From Dicyema japonicum (Eukaryota > Animalia > Dicyemida), in NCBI GenBank assembly GCA_011109175.1, contig RDEW01000008.1, positions 511,698 through 575,697 of the forward strand: a DNA stretch of 64,000 bases. The letters run 5' to 3'. Shown here piece after piece: positions 25,110 to 37,469 of this stretch (position 1 is its first letter; each line of letters begins with the position of its first letter). The position numbers and the translations under genes were made by a program. Below the pieces are notes generated by a model, which did not search any database, was not told the origin of the DNA, and was given only the letters and a program-made list of their open reading frames with translations.

Positions 25110-25460
25110 TATAATTATTATGGCTCTCCTGTAAGTGAGAGTAATCCTATTTTTTTCTTATCATATACAAAAATGTGGGGTTTGTTATTCGTTACAGTCG
25201 TATCCGTACTGATCGTCGTGTCCACACAAATCTCCACAACTTCATTCGCGACAACAGATTGTACTGAATGGGTCTTCAGTTTCTTAGTTTTTCTTATTCC
25301 ACATTGACGGCAGAGATGTAGGTGAAAACATCTGACCACTTCATTATGCCGCCTTAGATATGAGCTATTTTGCATTCTCCCACACCTAGTGGCAAAGTGA
25401 TCGACAGTTTTATTCGCTGAGTTACAATGTCCGCATTTAGTTTCTCCGTTATCAAAAAAC
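25110..25460 (-). mobile_element. R2/R4-like RLE retrotransposon 3' fragment
   Basis: CPHC...VDHFATRC then RRHNEVVRCFHLHLC...NNKPHIFVYDK, the CCHC finger and PD-(D/E)xK lead-in, as in 35740-36822. Confidence 0.68.
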
Positions 25461-26499
25461 AGGTAACGATCCTAAAGTATACACAGCCTTCCATTGAGTA
25501 TAGGGCAGTGAGTGAACTTAACTATTTTTATGTTTTCTCGCGAGTGCTTTTTAATAATAATTTGATTTCTTAAGAAAATAACAAAATTCATCGATTTTAA
25601 TCTAATAGAAACGGTTAATGCTCAAACATAATTACCATTTTTATATCTTCCCCCAACGAATCTATGGTCTGGCTTCCGCTCACCACAAGGGACTTACGGG
25701 AGCGCAAGCTGCGCACTTGAAGGCCCCGATCTCCTACTGGTCGGTGAGTCTTGGTGTTTGAACATGCACATTCTAGTATATTGTTTAAAGAAATATCAAA
25801 ACTACAACAAACCCTCTACTTCGATATCCTACCACAAGTTTAGCGGCTGAAATTGAAAAATGGAATTAAAGCAAGATCATGATTAGTCAATAACCAAAAT
25901 TATTATCATTTGTGATTAATCAAAGTGTATGTAGTGGTAAAGAAACTCGAAGTTTATAAGATAATTCATTATACTATTGTAGGCAGATTCAGTTAATAGA
26001 AGAAACTCAAATATTCACATTCGACAGTATTTGTCTTGCAAAAATGACTTCTAAGAACTGAATCACAATCAACTCAACACATAGTCAGTTACCCTCTTTT
26101 CAGCAGACCTGATATATTGCTAGTCTAAATTTGTAGGTAACCAGTTGTACTCCATTTTGCTGGAATATATTTAATTATCGCGTCGAATTGACAAGCCATC
26201 AACTTCNATTCATTATACCATTGTAGGCAGATTCAGTTAATAGAAGAAACTCAAATATTCACATTCGACAGTATTTGTCTTGCAAAAATGACTTCTAAGA
26301 ACTGAATCACAATCAACTCAACACATAGTCAGTTACCCTCTTTTCAGCAGACCTGATATATTGCTAGTCTAAATTTGTAGGTAGCCAGTTGTACTCCATT
26401 TTGATGGCATATATTTAATTATCGCGTCGAATTGACAAGCCATCAACTTCAACCGCAGGTTTTAAATATGGAGACCATCTTTGTCATATGTGTCAGACT

Positions 26500-26830
26500 A
26501 GGTTAATAATTGAATGTCATATTATGTTGTGAGTCCCGTCTGGCCCGTTTGGTCCCAACATGGCAAAGTTTATCAGGTCGATAAGGTTGTTTACAGGATT
26601 GCAGAAGTGAGGGCCTAGAATGACACGTTGGCTCTTTCAGAACATTGTGCTTGCGATCACAACTGGTAACTCCCATTTGTCGTAAGATATGTTCAATAAA
26701 AAATATTATTCGTTAAGTGGTAGATGATGGCGATAAATGTCAATATATGTGACACAATATGTCGATTTGATTCATTGTTGATAACGAAAAAAATGAGATA
26801 TTTAAAAAAAGGTAAAAAATTATATAATTT
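26500..26830 (-). repeat. Dispersed repeat, probably a decayed hAT-type C-terminal dimerisation region
   Basis: Homologous to 48430-48700; translation LRQMGVTSCD...VNNLIDLINFAMLGP loosely resembles the hAT PxTSxxxERxFS...GP region. Confidence 0.35.
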
Positions 26831-26849
26831 CCTGGTTGGAAAATGAGAT

Positions 26850-27130
26850 TGATCATCTTTCTTCGTTATTGTCGACACAAGTTGCGTCCCAGACCAAAGA
26901 TCTTCTTGATTTATAAGGGAAAAGGGTCATCCCGTCAAGTCTCTTACTATCTCCTCGATCGAGACCTACGGGTTCAAGTTGTGATGGGAAGCCTGTAGCC
27001 TTCAGAGATCTGACGGTCACATCGTTCAGAGCAACGTAACATAGCTTCTTCTGAGGACAGAGGGTGCCATCCCTTCGCATCGACTATTTTCCAGCAGCAT
27101 CGGTGCTCCTGGCAAACTTCTAGTCCTATC
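26850..27130 (-). mobile_element. CRE-like RLE fragment
   Basis: LEPVGLDRGDSKRLDGMTLFPYKSRRSLVWDATCVD (ORF 26853-27080). Confidence 0.7.
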
Positions 27131-27136
27131 CTTACC

Positions 27137-27470
27137 GAGCCACACACGTGCAACGAGCGGTCGATTCGGTGGCGTTAAAACTCTATCGAGTTGGTAAAAA
27201 TGTGAATGGAAAAAGGAGAAGGGTCACTTGCGTTACCAGATGATAAGAATATAATTCTTGCCATATCCGAGAGCATTGTGGCAGTTGACCCAAAAGAAAA
27301 GGCGAGGCAGGAAGTCCTGCAAGTACGTATGTAATAAAAGAGTTGATGATTAGATCTTATTTCTTCTACCAGATAGTAAGAATATAATTCTTGCCATATC
27401 CGAGAGCATTGTGGCAGTTGACCCAAAAGAAAAGGCGAGGCAGCATGTCCTGCAAGTACGTATGTAATAA
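27137..27470 (+). repeat. 5' fragment of the unexplained 1.05 kb module
   Basis: GCAACG...CGATTCGGTGGCGTTAAAA...GGGTCACTTGCGTTAC matches 33505 onward; contains an internal tandem duplication. Confidence 0.65.
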
Positions 27471-27539
27471 AAAGTTGATGATTAGATCCCATTACTTTAC
27501 ATAATTTTTTTAATAGACGCGATTTTAAGAAACAAGACT

Positions 27540-28230
27540 ATAACAATGTAAAATACAATGCGAACTTGAACACTGCGAGATATTGCTTTATACGGTATAC
27601 TGCTTCAGCAAACTTCCCGAATCCTTCAACATTAGTTGATTCGTCAAACTGAATAGAAAAATAATCAGATTTTGTGAGACAAAGTTTTATTAAAGATCGC
27701 TATAGTGTGAACTTCTCCACTTTTTTGCAATAAGGTAACTATCTAAGATAAATTAAAAATTATAATCAACTTCATGAAGTTTCTGTGTCTTTTAAATTTT
27801 TATCTTTGTGAAGTTTTTCATCGAATCTTTCGATTTACTAAAAGCAGCAAGCATTTTTTCAAAAAAGATGTATCTTTGTTTTTCAATTCTTTGTGCTGAA
27901 CTACGAGATGTCGATGGAGCTTAGATGGTACTAACATCTTTTTTGACATAATTTTGTGTCACATCATACACTCTGCTCTCTTCGTGTCGTCCTCAAACTT
28001 GCAAAATCCATAAGAAAAATATTCTTTTAAATATTTTCTATCCTAAAAGTGGAATAATAAAGTTAACTACGAGATGTCGATGGAGCTTAGATGGTACTAA
28101 CATCTTTTTTGACATAATTTTGTGTCACATCATACACTCTGCTCTCTTCGAGTCGTCCTCAAACTTGCAAAATCCATAAGAAAGATATTCTTTTAAATAT
28201 TTTCTATCCTAAAAGTGGAATAATAAAGTT
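27540..28230 (-). mobile_element. hAT (Buster/ZBED5-like) transposase fragment
   Basis: Homologous to 50700-51360; includes an ~170 bp tandem duplication. Confidence 0.6.
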
Positions 28231-28249
28231 ATAAACGAAGAATTTTAAT

Positions 28250-28860
28250 AATTCAAACCTACTCCTATACTCTCAAAGAATTCCCTGGCACAGACCCCAT
28301 AGAGTAGAGCTCCTCAGCTGATCGAGCAAACATCTCCAGAGCTCCTCTGCTGATCGAGTCATCGATAAAAAAAGTAATTTGTACTGAAACAAACCCCCTA
28401 CAATGAACTGATATTTGATCAAACCGGTCATTAAGGAGGCGAATCATTAGATCCAAACAGAGAACAAAGAGCAGAGGAGACATGCTATCCCCCTGAAGGA
28501 TTCCCCTCTATAGTCTTACCTCGCCTATCCGGTGCCTATTATAGTTCAGATGAATACTCCAACTATCACAAAGCTGATGAACTACACAGTCATACACAAA
28601 CTGTGTAGGCACTCGACAAGGTAGAATGATCAATTGAATCGTAAGCATTTTTCACATCCACCCACTTAGACAAAAATAAGTTTCAGTGTGACAAAGAAAG
28701 GAACTTGTTGATCATAACCTGCTCTTTTTTTTCTGACAATTTAGCAAAGTGCCCAACTGATTCTTGTAGAGAATCCAATTTGCTTCTACGAAGCTCCTGA
28801 TCTCATTAGCCACCAATTTGGTCATTAGCTTATACTGGGTTAGCACTCAGGTTATCGGTC
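28250..28860 (-). mobile_element. R2/R4-like RT fragment
   Basis: GILQGDSMSPLLFVLCLD and FFIDD; upstream DVKNAYDSI-like motif. Confidence 0.7.
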
Positions 28861-29249
28861 GATAATATGCAGAAAACTGAGGGTTGTCCAGCTTTGGGAT
28901 CAAATAAGTTGTCCCGGTGCAGGTTCAATCAAGAATCGTTTCCGGGTTAGTGAAGCTTTTCTGTATTACACGACACATAGACATATGCAATGAAGTCCAT
29001 CTTTTGATAAAAAAATTATACACTTTATCGACCCCGGCCGTTTTCCAATCAGGAAGATGTCTCACTACCGCCTCAAATTTTTTGAGGAAGGTGAGACAGT
29101 TGCAGTTGCTGTTACAGGAACTTCTATTTTCGACCGGGACTGCATCCGAATTCGTAATCCAATAGTCGTTTTTGATGTATTGTGTGAATTTGTAAACATG
29201 AACGTTCGTTGCGACGGAATGTAGATTAGTATCGAGGTCTATTCTCCAA

Positions 29250-29640
29250 CAATCTTAAGATTTGTTCTACAGATTTAACTGAGTTCTAAAACAAGAATCC
29301 CTATACTATTTTAATTGGCGATCTTAATTCTAAGAACACTTGTTATGGTTGTAGCAAGACAAATCATAATGGACGACGTTTAGAATTATTGTCTAATTCA
29401 TGTGGCTTTGTGATCTCTACGTCAAATGACTTAAATCATTTTTCTTATCATGGTGGCGACAAACTTGGCGTATTCCTAGTATCGCCAGCTCTATCTGTGT
29501 TTGTGGGAAAGCCAAAAACTCTGTGGGATATCAAGAGCGACAATATTCCACAAGAATTAGTTATTAGTATGAGGCCAGATGTTATGAAATGTCTTCTTGA
29601 GCTTCAACATATTTCATTGTCATTGGGCCGACTTTAGTGT
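29250..29640 (+). mobile_element. LINE AP-endonuclease fragment
   Basis: ILIGDLNSKNT..GCSKTNHNGRRLELL...SDNIP; inverted homologue at 30480-30990. Confidence 0.65.
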
Positions 29641-30479
29641 CTTCATCTCCAATAATTTATATGTTCTACCGATACGTTCAATCACTTTTGCGAAAGAATA
29701 TATTAAGCTAATTGGTCTGTAGCTTGCCGGATCTTTTTTTTACTTCCCTGGTTTTGGAATCATCCTCACAACAGCATTCCTCCATATTAAAGGGAGGTGG
29801 CCAAGTCGTAAACACTCATCATAACGACATAGCAGATAGTCAAATAAAATATCCAGACCCTTTTTGACAAGTTTCACTGATATGTGCTTTCACTGATATG
29901 TGGTTATGTCAATGACGCTGACAGTAGTATCAACAATAGGCAGTTCCTCGTCGGAGTGTTTAAATATATCTCTTTGCTATCAGTGATCAAACTCTATCGA
30001 TCCACATCTTGAATTTTTTGGAGATGATCTCTGAATATCGAAGGTGTTACCTCCGTTATGATACTCTTTCGTCTAGTTTATTTTATTCAATATAATTTTT
30101 TCTGCTACCCGACTTTGGACAGATTATCTTCTGATAGCAGTTCCAAAAAGAGGGATTCTTCATATCTATTTTCGCAGCCCCAACCTTCCATAAAAGGTCA
30201 GTCACCTCCTTCTATATATGCTGATTGCTTTCTTCATCATCCTGATTCTGGCTGATATGAATTCCCCGTCTATTTTGTCGACACAACGCCTTTGTTTTGC
30301 CCTCATAATAATTAGCGACACGAAATAATGATTATTTTTTTGAGAAAACCCTTCGTGTATATAGGTGAAGATATGACTGCATGAAATACGTTAGTTCTCG
30401 ACTTGCAGTATTGATATCTTCTATGGTTGAAAACTCTCTCGGTAGAACATATAAATTATTGGATATGAAGACACTATAG

Positions 30480-30990
30480 TCGGCCCAATCCAAATAAAAT
30501 ATGTTGAAGCTCAAGAAGACATTTCATAACATCTGGCCTCATACTAATAACTAATTCTTGTGGAATATGGTCGCTCCCGATATCCCATAGAGTTTTTGGC
30601 TTTCCCACATACACAGATAGAGCTGGCGATACTAGGAATACGCCGACTTTGTCGCCACCATGATAAGAAAAATGATTTAAGTCATCCGACGTAAAGATCA
30701 CAAAGCCACATGAATTAGACAATAATTCTAAACGTCGTCCATTCTGATTTGTCTTGCTACAACCATAACTAGTGTTCTTAGAATTAAGATCGCCAATTAA
30801 GATAGTATAGGGATTTTTGTTGTAGAACTCAGNCAATAATTCTAAACGTCGTCCATTATGATTTGTCTTGCTACAACCATAACTAGTGTTCTTCAAATTA
30901 AGATCGCCAATTAAGATAGTATAGGTATTCTTGTTATAGAACTCAGTTTAATCTGTATAACAAGTCTCAAGGTTCTTTTCGAATAGACCT
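30480..30990 (-). mobile_element. LINE AP-endonuclease fragment (inverted twin of 29250-29640)
   Basis: ORF 30474-30896: ILIGDLNSKNTSYG...IGSDHIP; duplication around the N at 30833. Confidence 0.65.
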
Positions 30991-31049
30991 TCAACACTAA
31001 TCTATGTTATTAAAAATCCGGCCTTGTGGACTGGATTCTTTAGTAGTTT

Positions 31050-33600
31050 TACGCCTATTACCTTCGCATTATTTTCTGAATGAACTTGTTATCCACCTTG
31101 CTGCTGAGAAGAAAAACTCAATTTGTTCCTCTACCACGCTCTATATTAACTTAATCAGTATTTCCTCCTCCTCATGTAGTGGTTCCTCGCCAATTTTATG
31201 AAGGGCCAGCTTGATTACCATCCTCCACGTCTTATCCAAAAGATTGATTATTATTTATCTTTTATGCGAAAAATACCATCCTTCATATCCGTAGACGAGA
31301 GTGGCCAGAATTATTCTTTCAAAAATAAAGATAAACGTTGCCTTCTTCAAATTGAGTTTTCGTAGACATAAACTGCTTGGTAAGTTATTTTATTTTTCAT
31401 TTTGACACTTTCAACATAATTTCCTCTACATCCAAAACAGACAGCCAAATAACGCAAATGATCAACATTGTTGATAGCACTTAATGTTTACTCATGTTCA
31501 AAAAACTTTGATGTGAAATTCTCACGGCTTTTGACTTTTCCATTGAGATATTTAAGCCAAGGGATTTACACCAGAGAATTTCCTGCAAAAATCCACGTAA
31601 TCTTCCCTCCAACACTTCCGTACTTTCGAGATGTCTGATTTCATACGTCGTCCGCGTAAATAATCACGTTAGTACTAGAATTTCGAGTGCCTAAAAATTT
31701 ATCATAATTATACGAAATAGCAGAGGACTCAAGAATGAGCCTTTTGGCACTCTCCTCTTTATAACAATTTCTTCATAAGAATATACTCCACATCTCACAC
31801 ATGATCTTCCCCCTGTCAGAAGAGTTCTTAACCAATCAAGTAAAAGTTTAGGGATTCCAGCTCCGACTAGTTGATAAAACAGTGCGTCATACACTATCGA
31901 AGGCCGTAATTTTTGCATTTTGAGTATGGTTGTATAACTCTAAACTCTTCTCTCCTCTATCATTCACTTTAGTTTTATGTATACTGCATACTGACCTTAT
32001 ATAATTATTAAGCTATTTATCAAATCCTTTCATTCGAGTTTTCCATCCTCCATACACCTCACACGAATTAAATAAACAATATTTAAATTATATTTAATTA
32101 ATTTTTTAAAACTAACATGCAACGTGCTTTCGATTCTGTGGCGTTAAAAATCTCTCGAGTTGGCAAAAATGTTGAAAGGAAAAAAGAAGAAGCTCTACAT
32201 GGATTAGTATGCTCTACATGGATTAGCTACATATTAGTATGCTCTACATAAATTAGCGCGGAAATGCTCTACATGGATTAGTATGTGGGAGGCTAAATCA
32301 CTTAGAGGAAATGCGTGGAATCTCCCGTACAGAGCCGATCCTTTCTTGGCGGAATCTAGCAATTTTTTTTGGGTCGATCAACAAATACATGTCCTCACTG
32401 TAAATCAATAAGCATGTCGGTTGATCATTNTTTACCCCTATTACCTTCGCATTATTTTCTGAATGAACTTGTTATCAACCTTGCTGCTGAGAAGAAAAAC
32501 TCAATTTGTTCCTCTACCACGCTCTATATTAACTTAATCAGTATTTCCTCCTCCTCATGTAGTGATTCCTCACCAATTTTATAAAGGGCCAGCTTGATTA
32601 CCATCCTCCACGTCTTATCCAAAAGATTGATTATTATTTATCTTTTATACGAAAAATACCATCCTTCATATCCGTAGACGAGAGTGGCCAGAATTATTCT
32701 TTCAAAAATAAAGATAAACGTTGCCTTCTTCAAATTGAGTTTTCGTAACATAAACTGCTTGGTAAGTTATTTTATTTTTCATTTTAACACCTTCAACATA
32801 ATTTCCTCTACATCCAAAACAGACAGCAAAATAACGCAAATGATCAACATTTTTAATAGCACTTAATGTTTACTCATGTTGAAAAAACTTTCTATGATGT
32901 GAAATTCTCACGGCTTTTGACTTTTCCATTGAGATATTTAAGCCAAGGGATTTACACCAGAGAATTTCCTGCAAAAATCCACGTAATCTTCCCTCCAACA
33001 CTTCCGTACTTTCGAGATGTCTGATTTCATTCGTCGTCCGCCTAAATATTCACGTTAGTACTAGAATTCCGTGTGCCTAAAAATTTATCATAATTATACG
33101 AAATAGCAGAGGACTCAAGAATGAGCCTTGTGGCACTCCTCTCTTTATAACAATTTCTTCATAAGAATATACTCCACATCTCACACATGATCTTCCCCCT
33201 GTCAGAAGAGTTCTTAACCAATCAAGTAAAAGTTTAGGGATTCCAGCTCCGACTAGTTGATAAAACAGTGCGTCATACACTATCGAAGGCCGTAATTTTT
33301 GCATTTTGAGTATGGTTGTATAACTCTAAACTCTTCGTATTTCTCCTCTATCATTCACTTTAGTTTTATGTATACTGCATACTGACCTTATATAATTATT
33401 AAGCTATTTATCAAATCCTTTCATTCGAGTTTTCCATCCTCCATACACCTCACACGAATTAAATAAACAATATTTAAATTATATTTAATTAATTTTTTAA
33501 AACTAACATGCAACGTGCTTTCGATTCTGTGGCGTTAAAATTCTCTCGAGTTGTCAAAAATGTTGAAAGGAAAAAAGAAGAAGGGTCACTTGCGTTACGT
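31050..33600. repeat. Tandem ~1.38 kb duplication, each unit containing a LINE RT fragment on the minus strand
   Basis: Sequence from 31060 recurs from 32441; identical-length ORFs 31691-31918 and 33077-33304 (GVP(Q/K)GSFLSPLLF); N at 32430 between units; scattered substitutions and indels. Confidence 0.85.
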
Positions 33601-34552
33601 GATGGTATGAATGTAATTCTTGACATATCCGAGAGAGTTGTGGCAGATGACCTAAAAGAATGGGCGAGGCAGGTAGTCCTGCAGGTACGTAGCAGGATAT
33701 CTCGATTACCCTGAAATAGCTGGGCATATATTGCGGAGCTCTGAAGTAGCCGATTCAGTACTAGTCTATCTGTTAGTGAACTCAAGAAAATGGATCAAGG
33801 CAATGAGGGTACTAGTCTAAAGGGGTGGGGAACAGATGACCACAACTATCAAAAAGAGAACGAGCACCAGAGCTGTGATACGTTCCAGCTCAAGCAAGTT
33901 AATGAGGTCCTTGCGCGGAATCTGCTGCTGCAGAAGATGTCCCACTTGATGACCTTAGATTTACCCGCAAGATCTCTCATTGTAAGGTAAACAGAATAGT
34001 GTCAACCAGTATCAATAAGACTGTGCTAATGCGGTGGAGGATAAGTCAGTAGGATAACTGTAGACATCTCCCTAGTGCTGTATGCAACACAGATCACCTA
34101 TGTGGAATGGACGGAAAGCCCAGGAGCAGATCTTTGCCATAATTGCTTGGAGACTGACTGAGCTGAAAGCTGTGGAGGGGCACATAATTAGTGTGGCAAT
34201 TTGGGGTTAGAGAAAAAGTACCTTCTATAGTAAAAGTGCTAATTAGTAAACTCCTTTCCCAAATTGAACATCAAAATGTTGAGGTGAGAAAAAGTTGAGT
34301 TAGAGGTGCAATCATGGTGTATAAGAGTAAACTCTAACACATGAAAGTCGGTGTAAGAGAAGTAGAGAAAATAATCTGTTTGAGTTTAATCGCAGATTGT
34401 ATGACCGTCGCCTAAACGAAAATGACCATAGTGCATGTTCCCAACAGGACGCGGAAATGCTCTCAACATGGATTTGTATGTGGGAGGCTAAATCACTTAG
34501 AGGAAATGCGTGGAATCTCCCGTACAGAGCCGATCCTTTCTTGGCGGAATCT
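33505..34552 (+). repeat. Unexplained 1.05 kb multicopy module, most complete copy
   Basis: Starts CATGCAACGTG and ends TTTCTTGGCGGAATCT; homologous to 46276-47540 (-) and partly to 27137, 32115 and 48880. Confidence 0.8.
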
Positions 34553-35220
34553 AGCAATTTTTTTTGGGTCGATCAACAAATACATGTCCTCACTGTAATT
34601 CAATAAGCATGTTGGTTGATCATTTAGCCACTCGATGTAGTTTCATGCTCTGCCACGACTATGTGTGGAGGCATAACGAGGTAGTAAGGAGTCCTCATCT
34701 TCTACTATCCAATTAGTATGGGATACGCCACACCAGAAAGTTGCAGACTCATAAGGTGCTATCTGTAGTAGAGAACACCAGGGTACAAATTACGGTGACA
34801 GTGTTATCCGTACCTCAGTGCTAGTCAAGCACAATAAACCGGACATTGTGGAACATGATAAGGTGTCTTGCCAAGTCCTTATCATAGAAATTGGAATCAC
34901 GTCTCAAGACCATTTGCAGACTGTGAAGGTAAAAAAAAGGAAGTAAGACTTGCTTGTCAACAAGATGGGACAGATGCTTGGTTGCAAGGTTATCGTTATT
35001 CCAATAGTAATGACGTGGCAATATTTGCAACAAAGTACTACAAGGGATATCTGAAGCAATTGGTTGTAGATAAGAAGCTCCAGGCCTGTAATAAGGCGGA
35101 CCCTAGAGAGACTGACACTGAACTATAGGAGGCAGAGCACGGAGATGCCATATGGGGACGTTATTATTATTACCTCCTGGATCACTGGGTTAAAAAAAGA
35201 AATTAAAGGTTTTCAACTAA
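34553..35220 (+). mobile_element. R2/R4-like RLE 3' end (CCHC finger, RLE, TTA tail)
   Basis: GRSTNTCPHC...VDHLATRC...RHNEVV; 3' end (GATGCCATATGGGGACGTTATTATTATTACC...CAACTAA) is almost identical to 52930-53020. Confidence 0.8.
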
Positions 35221-35494
35221 TTATGTGATCTTAGATAATCCATATGTAGTTTACGTAAATAATGTCTTCGAAAATAAGCAGAAGTTTATTTTTGAAAAAC
35301 AGTATTGAAAATTTTCGAAAAGTGAACTCGACAATGTAAATCATTTTATGTGACTTTGGCATATTGGCCGTCCTGGTTTCAAAATCGGCCATATGTTCCT
35401 TAACTTCAATAATAACGAAATAGAGTTCTTGTCGATTATTATTATTATTATTATTAAAAACCAAAAATCACCGACAAATTAAATAACATCATAC

Positions 35495-35660
35495 CCGTCA
35501 GGTGATTCCAGCCGCCATGAGTAGCCATCCATTCTTGCTCTCTGTTCTTTTCGGGCTCCAACACATTTGCGGATTAGGTAGGGGTTTCTAACTTTTTTGG
35601 AGTGTAGTATGGCCCCGGTTTTACTACTAATTCCTCAAAAGGTGTAGGGTTTAGAGGTGA
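35495..35660 (-). mobile_element. LINE 3' end (GIT family)
   Basis: Ends ATG GCG GCT GGA ATC ACC TGA (MAAGIT-stop). Confidence 0.5.
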
Positions 35661-35739
35661 CTAAGAAAAATTGAAAAGTTGAAATTTATTTATTTATTAA
35701 CCCCGGATACACCGAGAAAGAAGTTAAAGTAACCAACTA

Positions 35740-37445
35740 ATTATGTATATCCAGTATCCAATTGAACCTTCTGCCCATGTGGCATATCAAGGCTCTGCCT
35801 CCTAAACTCCAGTGTCAGGTTTTTTATGGTCCGCTTTAACACAGTGGACTGTAGAAAGGCCTGGAGCATCCAATCTACCCCTAACTTTTTCAGATAAACC
35901 TTGTTGTACTTTATTGCGATTCTTTCCCACGTCATTACTATCGAAATAACGAGGGCCATGCAACCAAGCATCTGCCCCATCTCGTTAGCAAGCAAGTCTT
36001 ACTTTTTTTTTCTCTACCTCCTCAGTCTGCAAACAGTCATGATATGTAATGCCAACCTCTATGATAAGGACTTGACCAGACTCCTTATCGTGTACCACAA
36101 TGTCCGGTTAATGTGCTTGACTAGCACCGAAATACGGATAACACTGTCTACTTTAATTTGGACCCTGGTGTTCTCTACTACAGATTGCACCTTATGAGTC
36201 CGCAACGTTCTGGTGTGGCGAATACCATACTTATTGCATAGTAGAAGATGAATACTCATACTACCTCGTTATGCCTCCACACATAGTCGTGGCAGAGCAT
36301 GTATCCGCACCGAGTGGCTAAATGATCAACCGATATGATCCTTGACTTACAATGGGGACATGTATTTGTTGATCGACCACAAAAAATATTGCGATCTTGT
36401 ATATACGTGTTCAGCGCCTCCGATCGAGGATAGTTGTAACCGTATTTTAGCCATATTGTCGACGACTTAAGGTCGACATGTGGGTTGTCCAATGCTCTGA
36501 AGAGTACCTTATGAAGGCTTTTTAAGTTGATCTTTTCCATCAAATTATTATATTTTAATTCGATCATCGCCTTCACATTTACTAGCCCACCATCACCAAC
36601 ACCATACTTAGCAGACAAAAAAGGTCTTATAGTGGCTAGGTGGGTTGCCCGTGTTTTCTCGGTCGTTATTATGGCGTGCTTCCTAGCAGACACAGTTGAC
36701 CCAGCTATCGGGGTGTCGTGCATTCGCATTAGGATACGCTCACTTAATTGGACTACTCCACACAGTCCATTGCCGAATTTATCACGGAATAAATATAGTC
36801 TCTCCTTATTGGCTTCCAGCACATGGACATGGTTCTCTGAGTACTCTACGGATCATAACATCCATTTCATCACACTATTTGTCCTCAAACTCCACAACAC
36901 CTATGTAGTAGTTTAGCAGCGAAACAGCATACTCATCTAATGCTAGCAACAAATTCCTTGCATTTAGAGAAGTCTTACATAATAACGCTGCTCTTTTACT
37001 GATGCCATCAGTAATTTGTCGCTTTGTCTCAAGCATTATAAGGGACTTTGGAGATTCTTTAACACCCAGATCTTATATCCTTCGTGTTCCTCTAGGACTC
37101 TGACTAACTCGCTACATACTTGCGTGTCAGTCGCAGACTTTGAATAATTCAAATCTAGTCCTATACTATAAAAGAATTCCCTGGCACAGACCCCCATAGA
37201 GTAGAGCTATTTGGCTGTTCGAGGATACTTCTTCAAGTCATCGATAAAAAAATGATTTGTACTGAAACAATCCCCTTCAGAATGAACTGATATTTGCTAA
37301 AACAGGTCATTGAGGCAGCGACTCAATAGCTCAAAACAAAGAACAAAGAGTAGCGGATATATGCTATACTCCTGAAGGATCCCCCTCTTGAGTTTTACCT
37401 GGCATATCCGGTGCATATTATAGTTCAGATGAATACTCCACCTAT
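35740..37445 (-). mobile_element. R2/R4-like RLE retrotransposon (RT C-half, CCHC finger, RLE), decayed
   Basis: GILQEYS, FFIDDLKKY, IGLDLNYSKSAT, ORF 36256-36822 ending CPHC...HLATRC...RHNEVV, then RLE region 35741-36259. Confidence 0.82.
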
Positions 37446-37469
37446 TCATCATAGCGACAGTCTTTCCAG

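Noticed and set aside
35495-35520. GCGGCTGGAATCACCT (minus strand) resembles the bacterial 16S rRNA 3' end
   Set aside because: Explained by the codons for AAGIT in a LINE; no other rRNA sequence nearby.
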